Positions 26,554 through 35,835 of a DNA stretch of 64,000 bases are shown here, piece by piece. A model generated the notes under the pieces. The model did no database searches. It saw only the letters and a list, made by a program, of their open reading frames with translations, and was not told the origin of the DNA. The stretch is taken from NCBI GenBank assembly GCA_035525285.1, contig DATLFB010000033.1, forward strand, positions 4,365 to 68,364. The letters run 5' to 3'. A program made the position numbers and the translations under genes. Numbering within the stretch: the stretch's first letter is position 1; every line of letters begins with the position of its first letter. This DNA comes from Thermoanaerobaculia bacterium. Lineage in GTDB: Bacteria; Acidobacteriota; Thermoanaerobaculia; Gp7-AA8.

Positions 26554-26771
26554 GAATGCGGTCCCCCTTCAATCACATGGAACTGGTCGCGAAAACGCTT
26601 CTGGTCGCGCGCGCGCCGCCAGAAGCTCCAGAACATCGCCACGAATCCGATCTGCACGAAGCCGATGATGCCGAGCAGAACCCAGACGCCGTTGTTCGTG
26701 CCCTTGACCATCGGGTCATTGGGATCGCCGTAGCAGACGGGGCAGGCCGACGCTGCTTGTGCCACGAGCAT
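26550..26771 (-). CDS. Small membrane protein with CPVCYG motif in the oxidase operon
   Basis: 73 aa from MLVAQAASACPVCYGDPNDP..., one TM. Start uncertain. Confidence 0.3.
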   Translation of the reverse strand: MLVAQAASACPVCYGDPNDPMVKGTNNGVWVLLGIIGFVQIGFVAMFWSFWRRARDQKRFRDQFHVIEGGPHS

Positions 26772-26804
26772 CGTTACGACGGCCAGACCGACGATGCGCA
26801 GGAT

Positions 26805-26935
26805 TCGATGGTTACCCGGCTGCCCGGTTGCCCGGCGGCGCAGTGCGGGTGCCTGCGCCTTTGCGTGATGTGGCGCCGCCCCCCGGACGGCGCCGCCGGG
26901 AAACCGGGAAACCGGGAAACCGCCCCCCGTCACGG
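26805..26935. repeat. Palindromic element, family I (longest copy)
   Basis: ggttacccggctgcccggttgcccgg...ccgggaaaccgggaaaccgggaaaccgcc, between two small ORFs of the oxidase operon. Confidence 0.8.
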
Positions 26936-27130
26936 CAACTCCCTCAACTTCCGAAACACCTTCTTCCCGTACACGATCAGAGCACCGGCGGTTGCGAGGA
27001 AGATCAATCCGAGGGCGAGGGCGGGCATGTCGCGGCGGAGTGCGAACTCGCGGATGCCCCACAGCGCGACGTACAGTGACAGCACGACGGTCACGATGAC
27101 GAACACGATGTGGAAGGCGCGGAGTGACAT
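26930..27130 (-). CDS. Small two-TM membrane protein (oxidase operon)
   Basis: 66 aa; MSLRAFHIVFVIVTVVLSLYVALWG...LALGLIFLATAGALIVYG. Confidence 0.4.
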   Translation of the reverse strand: MSLRAFHIVFVIVTVVLSLYVALWGIREFALRRDMPALALGLIFLATAGALIVYGKKVFRKLRELP

Positions 27131-27134
27131 GCGA

Positions 27135-27599
27135 TCAGTGTCCTGAGCCGTGCTGGCCCGCGGGCGGTGCGGGCTGGCTCGCGTTGGTGGCGTCGTAGCC
27201 GGGCCAGACGTCCCTGGCGTTGTTGCGGTGGTGCCATGGTCCCCAGATCATCAAGCCGAAGAAGAACACCGTGAGTACGAGCACGGCGTAGATCAGTCTC
27301 CGCTCGGAGATCAGATGCATGAAGAACGCCGCGACCAGCGAGCCTTTCACCAGCGCCACGACCAGCGCGAGCGTGACGCCGAGCCACGTCGGGAAATGGA
27401 ACGTGCTGATCCACACCGTGACGCCGGTGAGAAACGCGAGCGAGTAGAAAACGTACAGGTACTTCCGAATCTCTTTCTTCACCGCCTCGGGGCTGTTGTC
27501 GTGGTGATGCTCGCCGTGCGCCGCGAGCGGCTCGCTCGGCGGTCCGCCCGCGTGCTGATCGGGTCCCATGTGGGCAGGTGGATGCGTCGCTTCAGTCAT
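27135..27599 (-). CDS. Cytochrome c oxidase subunit IV family protein (prokaryotic CoxD-like) with His-rich N-terminus
   Basis: 154 aa, three TM; ...YLYVFYSLAFLTGVTVWISTF... Position between coxC and coxB. Confidence 0.55.
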   Translation of the reverse strand: MTEATHPPAHMGPDQHAGGPPSEPLAAHGEHHHDNSPEAVKKEIRKYLYVFYSLAFLTGVTVWISTFHFPTWLGVTLALVVALVKGSLVAAFFMHLISERRLIYAVLVLTVFFFGLMIWGPWHHRNNARDVWPGYDATNASQPAPPAGQHGSGH

Positions 27600-27608
27600 C
27601 TCGAGTCC

Positions 27609-28259
27609 TCACAGGAGATACAGAGTCGGGAAGAGAAAGATCCAGACCAGATCGACGAAGTGCCAGTACAGCCCCGTCACTTCGACGCGGTTCGTGTACT
27701 GATCGCGATTCTTGTCCCACAGCTTCGCGCCCGGTCCGATGAGATAGCCGAACACGATCATGCCGCCGAGCACGTGCAGTCCGTGCAGGCCGGTCATGAC
27801 GAAGTACGTCGCGTAGAAGTTGTCGGTGTGCGGGCCGATGCCGTGACTGAACTTCGAGCCGTACTCGTAGGCCTTGATGAGCATGAAGATCAGGCCGCAG
27901 AGCAGCGTCAAAAGGAGGTAGAACTTCCCCTTCTTCAGATTGCCGAGGCGCAGATGTGCCCACGCGAGGACGACGGTGACCGACGACGCGATGAGCACGA
28001 ACGTGTTCGCCGTCGCCCACCAGATCTTCAGCAGCGCCCATCCGTGCGGCCACGACGGCGCGCTCGTGCGCAGCAGAATCAGCGTCGAGAAGAGCGCGCC
28101 GAAGAGCATCACCTCGGACGCGAGAAAGAGCCAGATGCCGAGTTTTCCGTTGTAGAGGCCCGTGTCGGGGCGCGCGTGAACGGTGTACGGGATCTCGATC
28201 TCGTGATCGCCGTGCGCGTCGTGGCCGGGCAGTGCGTGCAGGTCAGCGTGCGCGGTCAT
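27609..28259 (-). CDS. coxC: Cytochrome c oxidase subunit III
   Basis: ...KLGIWLFLASEVMLFGALF...GLYWHFVDLVWIFLFPTLYL. Confidence 0.85.
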   Translation of the reverse strand: MTAHADLHALPGHDAHGDHEIEIPYTVHARPDTGLYNGKLGIWLFLASEVMLFGALFSTLILLRTSAPSWPHGWALLKIWWATANTFVLIASSVTVVLAWAHLRLGNLKKGKFYLLLTLLCGLIFMLIKAYEYGSKFSHGIGPHTDNFYATYFVMTGLHGLHVLGGMIVFGYLIGPGAKLWDKNRDQYTNRVEVTGLYWHFVDLVWIFLFPTLYLL

Positions 28260-28260
28260 G

Positions 28261-30162
28261 TCAGCTCTCCCTCTGCGCGACGGCGCCGGCGGGCAGCATG
28301 CCTCCGCCCGTCACGGGCGGCGGCGCGGCTTCATCGGGCTCGTTCTGCGGAACGTAATCGGACGCCTCATGTCCCGGCACGCTGTACTCGTACGGTCCGC
28401 GATACACGACCGGCGCGACGGCGAAGTTGCCGTGCGCGAGCGGAGGAGCGGTCGCGGCGGCCCATTCGAGAGTCGTGGCCTGCCAGTGATTCGCCCCCAC
28501 GCGCTTTCCTTTGAACATGCTGTAGAAGAAGTTCCAGATGAACGGCACCTGCGACAGCATCAGCAGCCACGCCGAGTACGAGATCCACACGTTCGTGTGC
28601 AGGACCGGCTTCGCGTGCGCGTACTGCGCGCCGCCGTCGTACAGGCGGCGCGACACGCCCATCAGTCCCTGCAGGAACATCGGGGCGAAGACGCCGTTGA
28701 TGAAGATCAGCGAGAGCCAGAAGTGGATCCTGCCGAGCTTCTCGTTCATCTGCCGGCCGGTCGCTTTCGGGAACCAGTAGTAGATGCCGGCGAACATCGC
28801 GAAGATCGTTCCGGGCGCGACGACGTAGTGGAAGTGCCCGATGACGTAGTACGTGTCGTGCAGGTGAATGTCCGCCGCGGCGAGGCCGAGAGGGAGTCCG
28901 GTGAGCCCGCCGATGCCGAACATCGGGAGGAACGCGAGGGCGAACAGCATCGGCACGGTGAAGCGGATCGATGCGCCCCACAACGAGATGATCAGAGCGG
29001 TCAGGATGATGACCGACGGAATCGAGATGATCATCGTCGTGGTCTGGAAGAAGGCGCTGATGACCGTGCCCATGCCGGTCATGAACATGTGATGCGCCCA
29101 GACCACGAAGGACATGAATCCGAGGAACACGCCGGCGCCGACGAGCGACTTGTAGCCCCACAGCGGCTTGCGCGTGTTGTTCGCGATGACTTCCGCGATG
29201 ATGCCCATCCCGGGCAGGATCAGCACGTACACCTCGGGATGCGCAAGGAACCAGAAGAGGTGCTGCCACAGCAGCGGATTGCCGCCGCCCGCGATCTCCA
29301 GCGGCGTGCCGCTGATCACGAGACCGCTCGGCATGAAGAAGCTCGTGCCGGCGACGCGATCCATCAGCTGCAGAATCGCCGCGGCCTCGAGCGGCGGGAA
29401 CGCGAGGAGCAGCAGGAACGAGGTGACCAGCTGCGCCCAGACGAAGAACGGCAGGCGCATGAACGTCAGCCCCTTCGCGCGCAGCTGGAAGATGGTGACG
29501 ATGAAGTTCACGGATCCCAGGAGCGATGAGGTGATCAGCAGCACCATGCCCAGGATCCAGATCGTTTGTCCGTGTGTGGCGATGATCGACAAGGGCGGAT
29601 ACGAGGTCCAGCCGGAGTTCGCCGCGCCGCCGGGGATGAAGAAGCTCGAGAGCATGAGCAGGCCGCCCGGCAGGTAGCACCAGTAGCTCGCCATGTTGAG
29701 CTTGGGGAAGGCCATGTCGGGCGCGCCGATCTGCAGCGGCACGACGTAGTTGCCGAAGGCGCCGACGGCGAGCGGGACGATGGCGAGGAAGACCATGACC
29801 GTGCCGTGCATCGCGCCGAGCTGGTTGTAGAACTCGGGGAGCATCACGCCGCCGGGGGCGTTCGCCTGTCCGAGAAACTTCGCGATGAGCTCATGGAACG
29901 GCCTGCCGGGGTACGCGAGCTGCCAGCGCATGAGCAGCATCATCGAGAAGCCGATGAAGAGGAACGTCAGCGCGGTGATCGCGTACTGGATGCCGATCCA
30001 CTTGTGATCGGTGGAGAACACGTACTTGCGGAGGAACGGGACGTGATGCCCATGCTCGCGCTGCTCGGTTTCGGCGACGCGCATCGCCTCCTCGAGCGCA
30101 CGCTGCGCATCGCGCGCGTACATCCATTGCGAGCCCACGCGGATCTGTCGTTTTGGTGGCAT
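28261..30162 (-). CDS. coxA: Cytochrome c oxidase subunit I (heme-copper oxidase catalytic subunit)
   Basis: ...WLFSTDHKWIGIQY...FWFLAHPEVYVLILPGMG...HHMF... Canonical HCO subunit I motifs. Confidence 0.9.
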   Translation of the reverse strand: MPPKRQIRVGSQWMYARDAQRALEEAMRVAETEQREHGHHVPFLRKYVFSTDHKWIGIQYAITALTFLFIGFSMMLLMRWQLAYPGRPFHELIAKFLGQANAPGGVMLPEFYNQLGAMHGTVMVFLAIVPLAVGAFGNYVVPLQIGAPDMAFPKLNMASYWCYLPGGLLMLSSFFIPGGAANSGWTSYPPLSIIATHGQTIWILGMVLLITSSLLGSVNFIVTIFQLRAKGLTFMRLPFFVWAQLVTSFLLLLAFPPLEAAAILQLMDRVAGTSFFMPSGLVISGTPLEIAGGGNPLLWQHLFWFLAHPEVYVLILPGMGIIAEVIANNTRKPLWGYKSLVGAGVFLGFMSFVVWAHHMFMTGMGTVISAFFQTTTMIISIPSVIILTALIISLWGASIRFTVPMLFALAFLPMFGIGGLTGLPLGLAAADIHLHDTYYVIGHFHYVVAPGTIFAMFAGIYYWFPKATGRQMNEKLGRIHFWLSLIFINGVFAPMFLQGLMGVSRRLYDGGAQYAHAKPVLHTNVWISYSAWLLMLSQVPFIWNFFYSMFKGKRVGANHWQATTLEWAAATAPPLAHGNFAVAPVVYRGPYEYSVPGHEASDYVPQNEPDEAAPPPVTGGGMLPAGAVAQRES

Positions 30163-30271
30163 CCATCCTCCTCAGTCCCCTCTCCCCCCGGGAGAGGGTT
30201 AGGGTGAGGGGCGTCCCCTCATCCGGCCTCCGGCCACCTTCTCCCCGCAAGCGGGGAGAAGGGACTGCTTG

Positions 30272-31087
30272 TTACCCCTTGAACGTAAAGCTCACCTGCT
30301 TCGACTCTTTCGGTCCCACCGTCACGGCCTGCTCCTGCTGGCCGTACTTCTCGTGCCATGCGACGAGCGTGTAGTTGCCCGGCGGGAGGTTGGCGATCGA
30401 GAACGTGCCGTTCATCTGCGAGACGCTGTGATACGAGTGCGGCAGCACGACCATGTAGGACTTCATCCAGCCGTGCACGTCGCACTTGATGCGGAACGGC
30501 GTCATCTCGACCTTGTCGAACTTCTGATCCGACACCATTCCCTGCACCGGCTGTCCCACGTTGAACGCGCGGTTGACCTCCGGCATCGCGTGGACGTTGT
30601 GCAGCGTGGCGTCGCTGTTCCTGATCTGGATCTTCTGGCCCGCCTGCACCGCGCTGACGTGCGGGATGTACTTGCAGCCTTGCTGATCGAGCAGAGCGGG
30701 CGTCGACGGCGCCGGCGTCGCGGGCGCGTTTTTCACGTAGACGATGACGTTCGCGAGCTCGCCTGCGGGACCGACGACGACTTCTTCGTCGAGCGCGGGC
30801 GTCGGATGCTGCGAGGCGCAATACGGATCGGCGCCCATCTGCAGCGCCGGCATCTTCGGCGGCGCTGCGGCTTCGAACTTCACGAGACCGTTGAGCGTCG
30901 CGGCATCGGCAACGACCGCGGTTGCGGCGGCGGCGGGTGCTGCGGTATCGCCCGCGGCGGTTTCGGTGGCCTTCGGCGCGCCGTCATCTTCGCCGAGGTC
31001 GGCTTCGTCGACGACTTCCTTGCCGCCGCCGCAGGCGACTGCGAGGAGGAGCGCGAAGAGCAGAGCGAGATACTTCCTGTGGGGCAT
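30272..31087 (-). CDS. Cupredoxin-like (type-1 copper) lipoprotein between the bc-type complex and the oxidase
   Basis: Start at MPHRKYLALLFALLLAVAC (lipobox). Candidate copper ligands ...ATLHNVHAMPE... and ...KCDVHGWMKSYM (Cx2Hx2M). The N-terminal 25 aa of the ORF-track call come from palindrome H. Confidence 0.45.
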   Translation of the reverse strand: MPHRKYLALLFALLLAVACGGGKEVVDEADLGEDDGAPKATETAAGDTAAPAAAATAVVADAATLNGLVKFEAAAPPKMPALQMGADPYCASQHPTPALDEEVVVGPAGELANVIVYVKNAPATPAPSTPALLDQQGCKYIPHVSAVQAGQKIQIRNSDATLHNVHAMPEVNRAFNVGQPVQGMVSDQKFDKVEMTPFRIKCDVHGWMKSYMVVLPHSYHSVSQMNGTFSIANLPPGNYTLVAWHEKYGQQEQAVTVGPKESKQVSFTFKG

Positions 31088-31097
31088 TGAATCTCCT

Positions 31098-34000
31098 TTA
31101 TTTGTGGAGGACAGGCAATCCTGCCTGTCGCGCTGGGACAGGCAGGATTGCCTGTCCTCCACGGTCGCCGGTTTGCACCGCCGGCGCGGGTGGTTGTCGA
31201 GGTGCGGGAACGGGCGCTGGACCCTCGGAGCCCGGACGCGCGGCGCGCATCTGATCGAGTCCGATGCTCCAGATGTAATCGCGGAGATAGTTCGTGAGCG
31301 CGACGGCGTCGGCCATCGTCTTGCGCAGCGCTTCGTCGCTCTCGAAGTACGGCCGCAGCACGGCGCGGTGGCCGGCGAACTGCGGCGTGTCGATCGCGTT
31401 CGCCAGCGGCGACTGGAAGCCGCCCGTCTGCGGATCGCGCGGGAAGTTCGCGGGCATGCGCGTGTCCGGGACCATCTCGCCCGGACGTCGGATCCAGTCG
31501 GCGATCCAGTCGTGGCGCAGGCGCAGTTTCGAGAGCGTGAGGTTCGGCGCGAGCGACGTGGTGTCGGCGACGTTGGGCACGGGCGGATTCGCGGGATCGA
31601 CCGGCGCCGTGGAGTGGCACTGCGCGCAGCGCAGCATCGTGTAGACCTCGCGGCCGATGGCGACGTTCTGCTGCGAGGGCGTCGCGAAGCGATGCGTGTC
31701 GAACTGCGGCTCGTCGCCTTCCGCGGCGAATCCGGCCACGAGCGTGGCCGCTTCCTGGTCGGTGAAGCCGAACGTCGGCATGCGCACGCTCAGCCACGGG
31801 CGGATCTTCATCACCGTCGGATCCTTCAGGAAGTTGAAGAGCCACGGCGACTGCGAGCGCTCGCCCTGCGGCGTCAGATCGGGCGGGAGAAAGTTCGTGT
31901 CGGTGATGAGGGCCGCGATCGCGCGGCCGTTGCGATTGACGACGTGGCATCCGCGGCAGTTGCGCTGCGAAATGATCTTGCGTCCTTCCTCCACCGCGCG
32001 CATGCCCGGATCGCGCGCGGCGAGACGGTTCTCCGCGACCTTCTCCTTCGTCAACCCGAGGATGACCGAGGAGACGAGCTGCGCTTCATCGGGCGACAGG
32101 TTGAAGTTCGGCATCTTCAGCTTGTCGTTGTAGGGCTTGGTACGGCGGTCGTCGTACACGCGCGGGCTGCGGACCTTGTTGTAGATCCACGACGGGACGT
32201 TGTGGAGGACGTACTCCTTCTTCCCGTCCTCGTGCTTGTAGTCGTGCGTGTGTGTGGATGTGCCGAAGAAGCCGAAGTCGAAGAGGTGCAGCGTCTTCGA
32301 GCCTTCGGTGGTGAGCTCGGTGCCGATCGGCTTGAGGCCGTCGAAGCCTTTGATGTCGTGGCAGGAGTAGCAGCCGTACTTTTCGATGGACCGCTGCCCG
32401 AGGTAGACGAGCTGCTCGCGATCGCTCATCGCTTTCAGCTTCGCGTCCGCGTCCACATCGGACATCGTGTTGATGAGGTAGCCCTTCGCCAGATCGTGCA
32501 CGGCCTTCCGCAAGGGCGGACGAATCGGCTCCTGCATGAAGCGCTGCTTCTGCAGCGACATCAGGTAGGCGGTGATGTCGGATGCCTCCTGATCGCTGAG
32601 GCGGAGGCTCGGCATCGGCGCGAACGGATCGTAGGCCTTCGGATTCTTCACCCAGTTGAAGATCCAGTTCGGATTCGTCTTCGAGCCGACGCCGGTGAGG
32701 TTGAATCCGAAGTGGCGCTCGAGCGGGAAGTCGTCGCGCTTCGCGACACGCACGGCGCCGGTCTTCGCGTCTTTGATCGTGTCCTGCGCAATGTGGCAGC
32801 CCATGCAGCCGATCGTATCGACGAGCTGCTTGCCGCGCGCCGCGTCACCGCCCGACGCCGGGGCGGACCAGTTGCGATGCGTGGATTTGTCAAAGAGGTA
32901 CGCGACGATCGAGTGGACCTCGGCATCCTGATACCGGACGTTCTGCGCGCGCTCGGCCTCCGGTACCGCCGGTCCGGTCATGTTGCGCTGGTAGAAGAAC
33001 GACGGCATGCGCGTGGTCGGACGGAAGTGCGTGGGGTTCGCGATCCAGCGGAAGGTCCAGGCGGGATTCGTTTTCTCGGCGATGCCTTCGAGCGAGGGGC
33101 CGGGCTTCTGCAGGTCGGTGAAGCGCCAGTTGTCGATCTTGTGGCAGGCATGGCAGCCGTACAACTCGACCATGTGCGCGGCTTTGTTGATCCGCTCGCC
33201 GTCGCGCACTTCCATCTGCGTCGCATGGCACTTCAGACATCCCGCCTCGAAATGCTGCCGCGGATACATCGGCGTCTCGAGGAACGGATTGACCTGATAG
33301 CCCCAGTTGCGCTTTTCGTAGTCGCCTTTCGTCGGGAAGAACGGCGAGGTCTTCTCCCAGCGCATCTCCATGCGCCGGCTCATCGGCGTGTGGCCCGCGC
33401 GTCCGAACTCGGTCGCGCGATCCTGCCCGCGGTGGCAAACCGTGCAGCCGTACTCGAGCAGCGGATGCGGCGAGGAGGAGCCGACGAAGACGTCGAGCTT
33501 CGGATGGGTACGGAAGGGATTCATCAATTCCGTCTTCGCGTCGACGATGCGCCTGAGCTCCGCGACGCGCTCCTCGGTCTCCGCCCGCCGCGCGGGAAGG
33601 ACGAGATTCCTGTCGAGCTGCGTCTGCAGTTGCTCCGCGAGCCGCTCCGCTTCCCGCTTCGACTCGAAGCCGGGGCGATCGATCGCGCGATGACAGGTCA
33701 TGCAGCGGTCGACGCGGGGCACCGACATGTAGTTCATGTCGATGAAGAGATCGCTGAGGACGACCTGATCGATTTTCAGGGTCGGGTTGATGAAGTCGAG
33801 CATCGGCGCGTTGAGCAGCAGGTTCGGCACGGATGCGACGGCGACGTTGCGCAGCTGCTTGTTCAGCAGATCGCTGCCGGCGGTGAGCTCTTTCCTGCGG
33901 TTCTCCAGTTCCTTGATGCGGGTGAGGAACTCGTCGACGCGCGCGCGGGCGGCGTCGCGACTGCGCGTGACGTCCTGCAGGACGAGATTGAGGCGGCCCA

Positions 34001-34463
34001 CCTTCGCGGTGTGCTCGTTGTACTCGTGCTCCTTTTCACGCAGGTCGCGGCGATGCTGCACCATCGCGGCCTCGAACTCGTAGCGCTTCGCATCGAGCAC
34101 CGCTTTCGCGAAGCGATAGTCCTGGTCCGCCGCGTAGTGTCTCCCCTCCCACTTGTCGAGGTCCCTCTGCGCTTCGATGTAGGCCTCGCGGTTGCGCGCG
34201 ATCTCGACCTGTCCTTCGCGCATTTCCCTGTCGAGCTCGGCGAGGCGCTTGCGCATCTCGGCGTCGTTCTTCGCCGTCAGCTCCTGCTCGATGCGCTCCT
34301 GCTGGATGCGATTGAACTCGCGCTGGAACCACTTCCATCCGCGCACGTAGTCGTACATCACCATCACGAGCGTGCCGGCGAGCAGACCGACACTCGTCCA
34401 GAGGAAGATGCCGTTCAGCGTCTTCATCGAGTAGTTGTGCGGAATGGGCTCCTGGGGTTTCAC
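31098..34463 (-). CDS. Octahaem c-type cytochrome with N-terminal TM helix and ~220-aa coiled coil (cytochrome c subunit of the Rieske/cyt b complex)
   Basis: Eight CxxCH motifs: CMTCH, CTVCH, CLKCH, CHACH, CMGCH, CYSCH, CRGCH, CAQCH. N-terminal TM LNGIFLWTSVGLLAGTLVMVMY, followed by a charged heptad-rich segment (QREFNRIQQERIEQELTAKNDAEMRKRLAELDREMREGQVEIARNREAYIEAQRDL...). Confidence 0.8.
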   Translation of the reverse strand: MKPQEPIPHNYSMKTLNGIFLWTSVGLLAGTLVMVMYDYVRGWKWFQREFNRIQQERIEQELTAKNDAEMRKRLAELDREMREGQVEIARNREAYIEAQRDLDKWEGRHYAADQDYRFAKAVLDAKRYEFEAAMVQHRRDLREKEHEYNEHTAKVGRLNLVLQDVTRSRDAARARVDEFLTRIKELENRRKELTAGSDLLNKQLRNVAVASVPNLLLNAPMLDFINPTLKIDQVVLSDLFIDMNYMSVPRVDRCMTCHRAIDRPGFESKREAERLAEQLQTQLDRNLVLPARRAETEERVAELRRIVDAKTELMNPFRTHPKLDVFVGSSSPHPLLEYGCTVCHRGQDRATEFGRAGHTPMSRRMEMRWEKTSPFFPTKGDYEKRNWGYQVNPFLETPMYPRQHFEAGCLKCHATQMEVRDGERINKAAHMVELYGCHACHKIDNWRFTDLQKPGPSLEGIAEKTNPAWTFRWIANPTHFRPTTRMPSFFYQRNMTGPAVPEAERAQNVRYQDAEVHSIVAYLFDKSTHRNWSAPASGGDAARGKQLVDTIGCMGCHIAQDTIKDAKTGAVRVAKRDDFPLERHFGFNLTGVGSKTNPNWIFNWVKNPKAYDPFAPMPSLRLSDQEASDITAYLMSLQKQRFMQEPIRPPLRKAVHDLAKGYLINTMSDVDADAKLKAMSDREQLVYLGQRSIEKYGCYSCHDIKGFDGLKPIGTELTTEGSKTLHLFDFGFFGTSTHTHDYKHEDGKKEYVLHNVPSWIYNKVRSPRVYDDRRTKPYNDKLKMPNFNLSPDEAQLVSSVILGLTKEKVAENRLAARDPGMRAVEEGRKIISQRNCRGCHVVNRNGRAIAALITDTNFLPPDLTPQGERSQSPWLFNFLKDPTVMKIRPWLSVRMPTFGFTDQEAATLVAGFAAEGDEPQFDTHRFATPSQQNVAIGREVYTMLRCAQCHSTAPVDPANPPVPNVADTTSLAPNLTLSKLRLRHDWIADWIRRPGEMVPDTRMPANFPRDPQTGGFQSPLANAIDTPQFAGHRAVLRPYFESDEALRKTMADAVALTNYLRDYIWSIGLDQMRAARPGSEGPAPVPAPRQPPAPAVQTGDRGGQAILPVPARQAGLPVLHK
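31104..31162. repeat. Palindrome family H (GTGGAGGACAGGCAATCCTGCCTGTC ... GACAGGCAGGATTGCCTGTCCTCCAC)
   Basis: Perfect 26-nt inverted repeat. Forms the last 20 codons of the octahaem cytochrome gene. Copies at 40206, 50886 and 55963; half-copies at 9378 and 10880. Confidence 0.85.
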
Positions 34464-34487
34464 TCTGCGGTAGCCTCACGGGTGGTG

Positions 34488-34593
34488 ATAAAGGCAGAAG
34501 GCAGAAGGCAGAAGGCAGAAGTGAGAACCGTGACACGGCGCGTGACGCGTGCCTTTCTTACTTCTGCCTTCTGCCTTCTGCCTTCTGCCTTCA
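34488..34593. repeat. Heptamer-tandem hairpin, family C: (GAAGGCA)x4 - loop - (TGCCTTC)x4
   Basis: aaaggcagaaggcagaaggcagaaggcagaagtgagaaccgtgacacggcgcgtgacgcgtgcctttcttacttctgccttctgccttctgccttca. Confidence 0.85.
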
Positions 34594-35814
34594 TATGTTG
34601 AAGAAAATCTCCTGGATGTGAACGATGTACTTCAGATTGAACAACCACCGCAGCACCATCTTGATCGGCAGCGAAAGCATGGTCAGGAACAGGTAGGCGC
34701 CGACGTAGTAACGCGGCGCGCCCATCTTCAGATAGAAGCGGCGGAACGGGCCTTTCGTGAGAACGAGTGGCAGGCCGAGGTACAGGAGCACGAGCACGAT
34801 GCCGAATGCCTCGCGGATGATCCAGAGTTTCGGCAGCGGCATCGCCAGGCCCTTGACCCAGATCAGTTCCGAGAGATCGATGTTGACGAGCGGCTCGAGC
34901 TTGTTCGGATCCCAGTACTCGTAGGGTCCGAAGAAGTTCCAGTTCGGACCGCGCAGGAAGGTTCCGGTGATGATCAGGAACGACCAGAGCACGAGGAAGC
35001 CGTAGAGGAAAACGCCGATCTCCCACTTGCGCTCTCTGAACGAGTAGTAGCCGCTGCCGCGTGGATTCGTGTCGATGTAGGGAATGGCCATGAGGCCGAC
35101 GATGATCAGCGTCGGCAGCACGACTCCGGCGAGCCAGGGATCGAAGTAGACGAGCATCTCCTGGAGGCCGAGGAAGTACCACGGCGCTTTCGCGGGATTC
35201 GGCGACGACGTCGGATTCGCCGCTTCTTCCAGCGGCGCGCGCAGTCCGACCGACCAGACGATCATCACGATCGTCAGCGCGATCATGCAGAGCATCTCGG
35301 TGTAGACGAGGTCGGGCCAGGTGAAGAGCTTCTCGTCCGATTCCGTTTTCTCGAACGGGATACCTCCCCTGTCCATCTGCTTGTCGTTGAGGTACGCCTT
35401 CCGGAGCGCGATCCAGGTGAAGATGCCGAGGAGGAAGATCATCGCCGCGATGGGCACGTTGTCCGGCTTCGCTGCGATCTTGAAGAAGTTCTCATCGAGC
35501 AGCGAAGCGCCGAAGGCGATCCCGCCGATGATCAGACCCCAGAGGCCGACCTTCGCATCCCACAGTCGCGGACCGAGGGTCGCCAGTCCCCACAGCGAGA
35601 TGAAGTAGGCGACGGCGCAATAGAGCAGCGGCGTGATGAAGAGTCCCGCCACCGCGAGCACAAAGCCGAAGACGATGAAGCCGATGCCGGCCTTCGACTT
35701 CACGCGGCCGTCCAGCAGGTTGAAGTAGACGATGAAGGCGAAGATCGCCGAAAGGAGAATGAACGAGATCGATGCGACGGACAGTACGTTGATGAAATTC
35801 TTGATGAACGTCAT
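34591..35814 (-). CDS. Cytochrome b C-terminal domain protein (subunit IV-like, extended)
   Basis: 407 aa multi-TM; ...PAKAPWYFLGLQEMLVYFDPWLAGVVLPTLIIVGLMAIPYID, matching the PEWY-region of cytochrome b / PetD. Confidence 0.7.
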   Translation of the reverse strand: MTFIKNFINVLSVASISFILLSAIFAFIVYFNLLDGRVKSKAGIGFIVFGFVLAVAGLFITPLLYCAVAYFISLWGLATLGPRLWDAKVGLWGLIIGGIAFGASLLDENFFKIAAKPDNVPIAAMIFLLGIFTWIALRKAYLNDKQMDRGGIPFEKTESDEKLFTWPDLVYTEMLCMIALTIVMIVWSVGLRAPLEEAANPTSSPNPAKAPWYFLGLQEMLVYFDPWLAGVVLPTLIIVGLMAIPYIDTNPRGSGYYSFRERKWEIGVFLYGFLVLWSFLIITGTFLRGPNWNFFGPYEYWDPNKLEPLVNIDLSELIWVKGLAMPLPKLWIIREAFGIVLVLLYLGLPLVLTKGPFRRFYLKMGAPRYYVGAYLFLTMLSLPIKMVLRWLFNLKYIVHIQEIFFNI

Positions 35815-35835
35815 CGCCTGTTCCTCGCCTCGGCC

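Noticed and set aside
25704-26733. ORFs whose N-termini read through hairpins (e.g. MKIEKRANGP..., MKKERTGPCC..., MKNTEARSFFNFQFSIFN..., MNDESDHRSSFIVHRSSFIV...)
   Set aside because: These 'proteins' are translations of hairpin arms (FQFSIFNF from TCAATTT repeats, SSFIVHRS from GATGAAC repeats) fused to antisense sequence.
27150-29680. Plus-strand ORFs 27150..28514, 28258..29529 and minus 28367..29680 over the oxidase genes
   Set aside because: Alternative-frame or antisense to coxA/coxC, which have unambiguous motifs.
30744-34601. 1285-aa plus-strand ORF opposite the octahaem cytochrome gene
   Set aside because: No motifs and extreme Arg/Ala/Gly/Val composition. The minus-strand gene has eight CxxCH motifs and a TM anchor.
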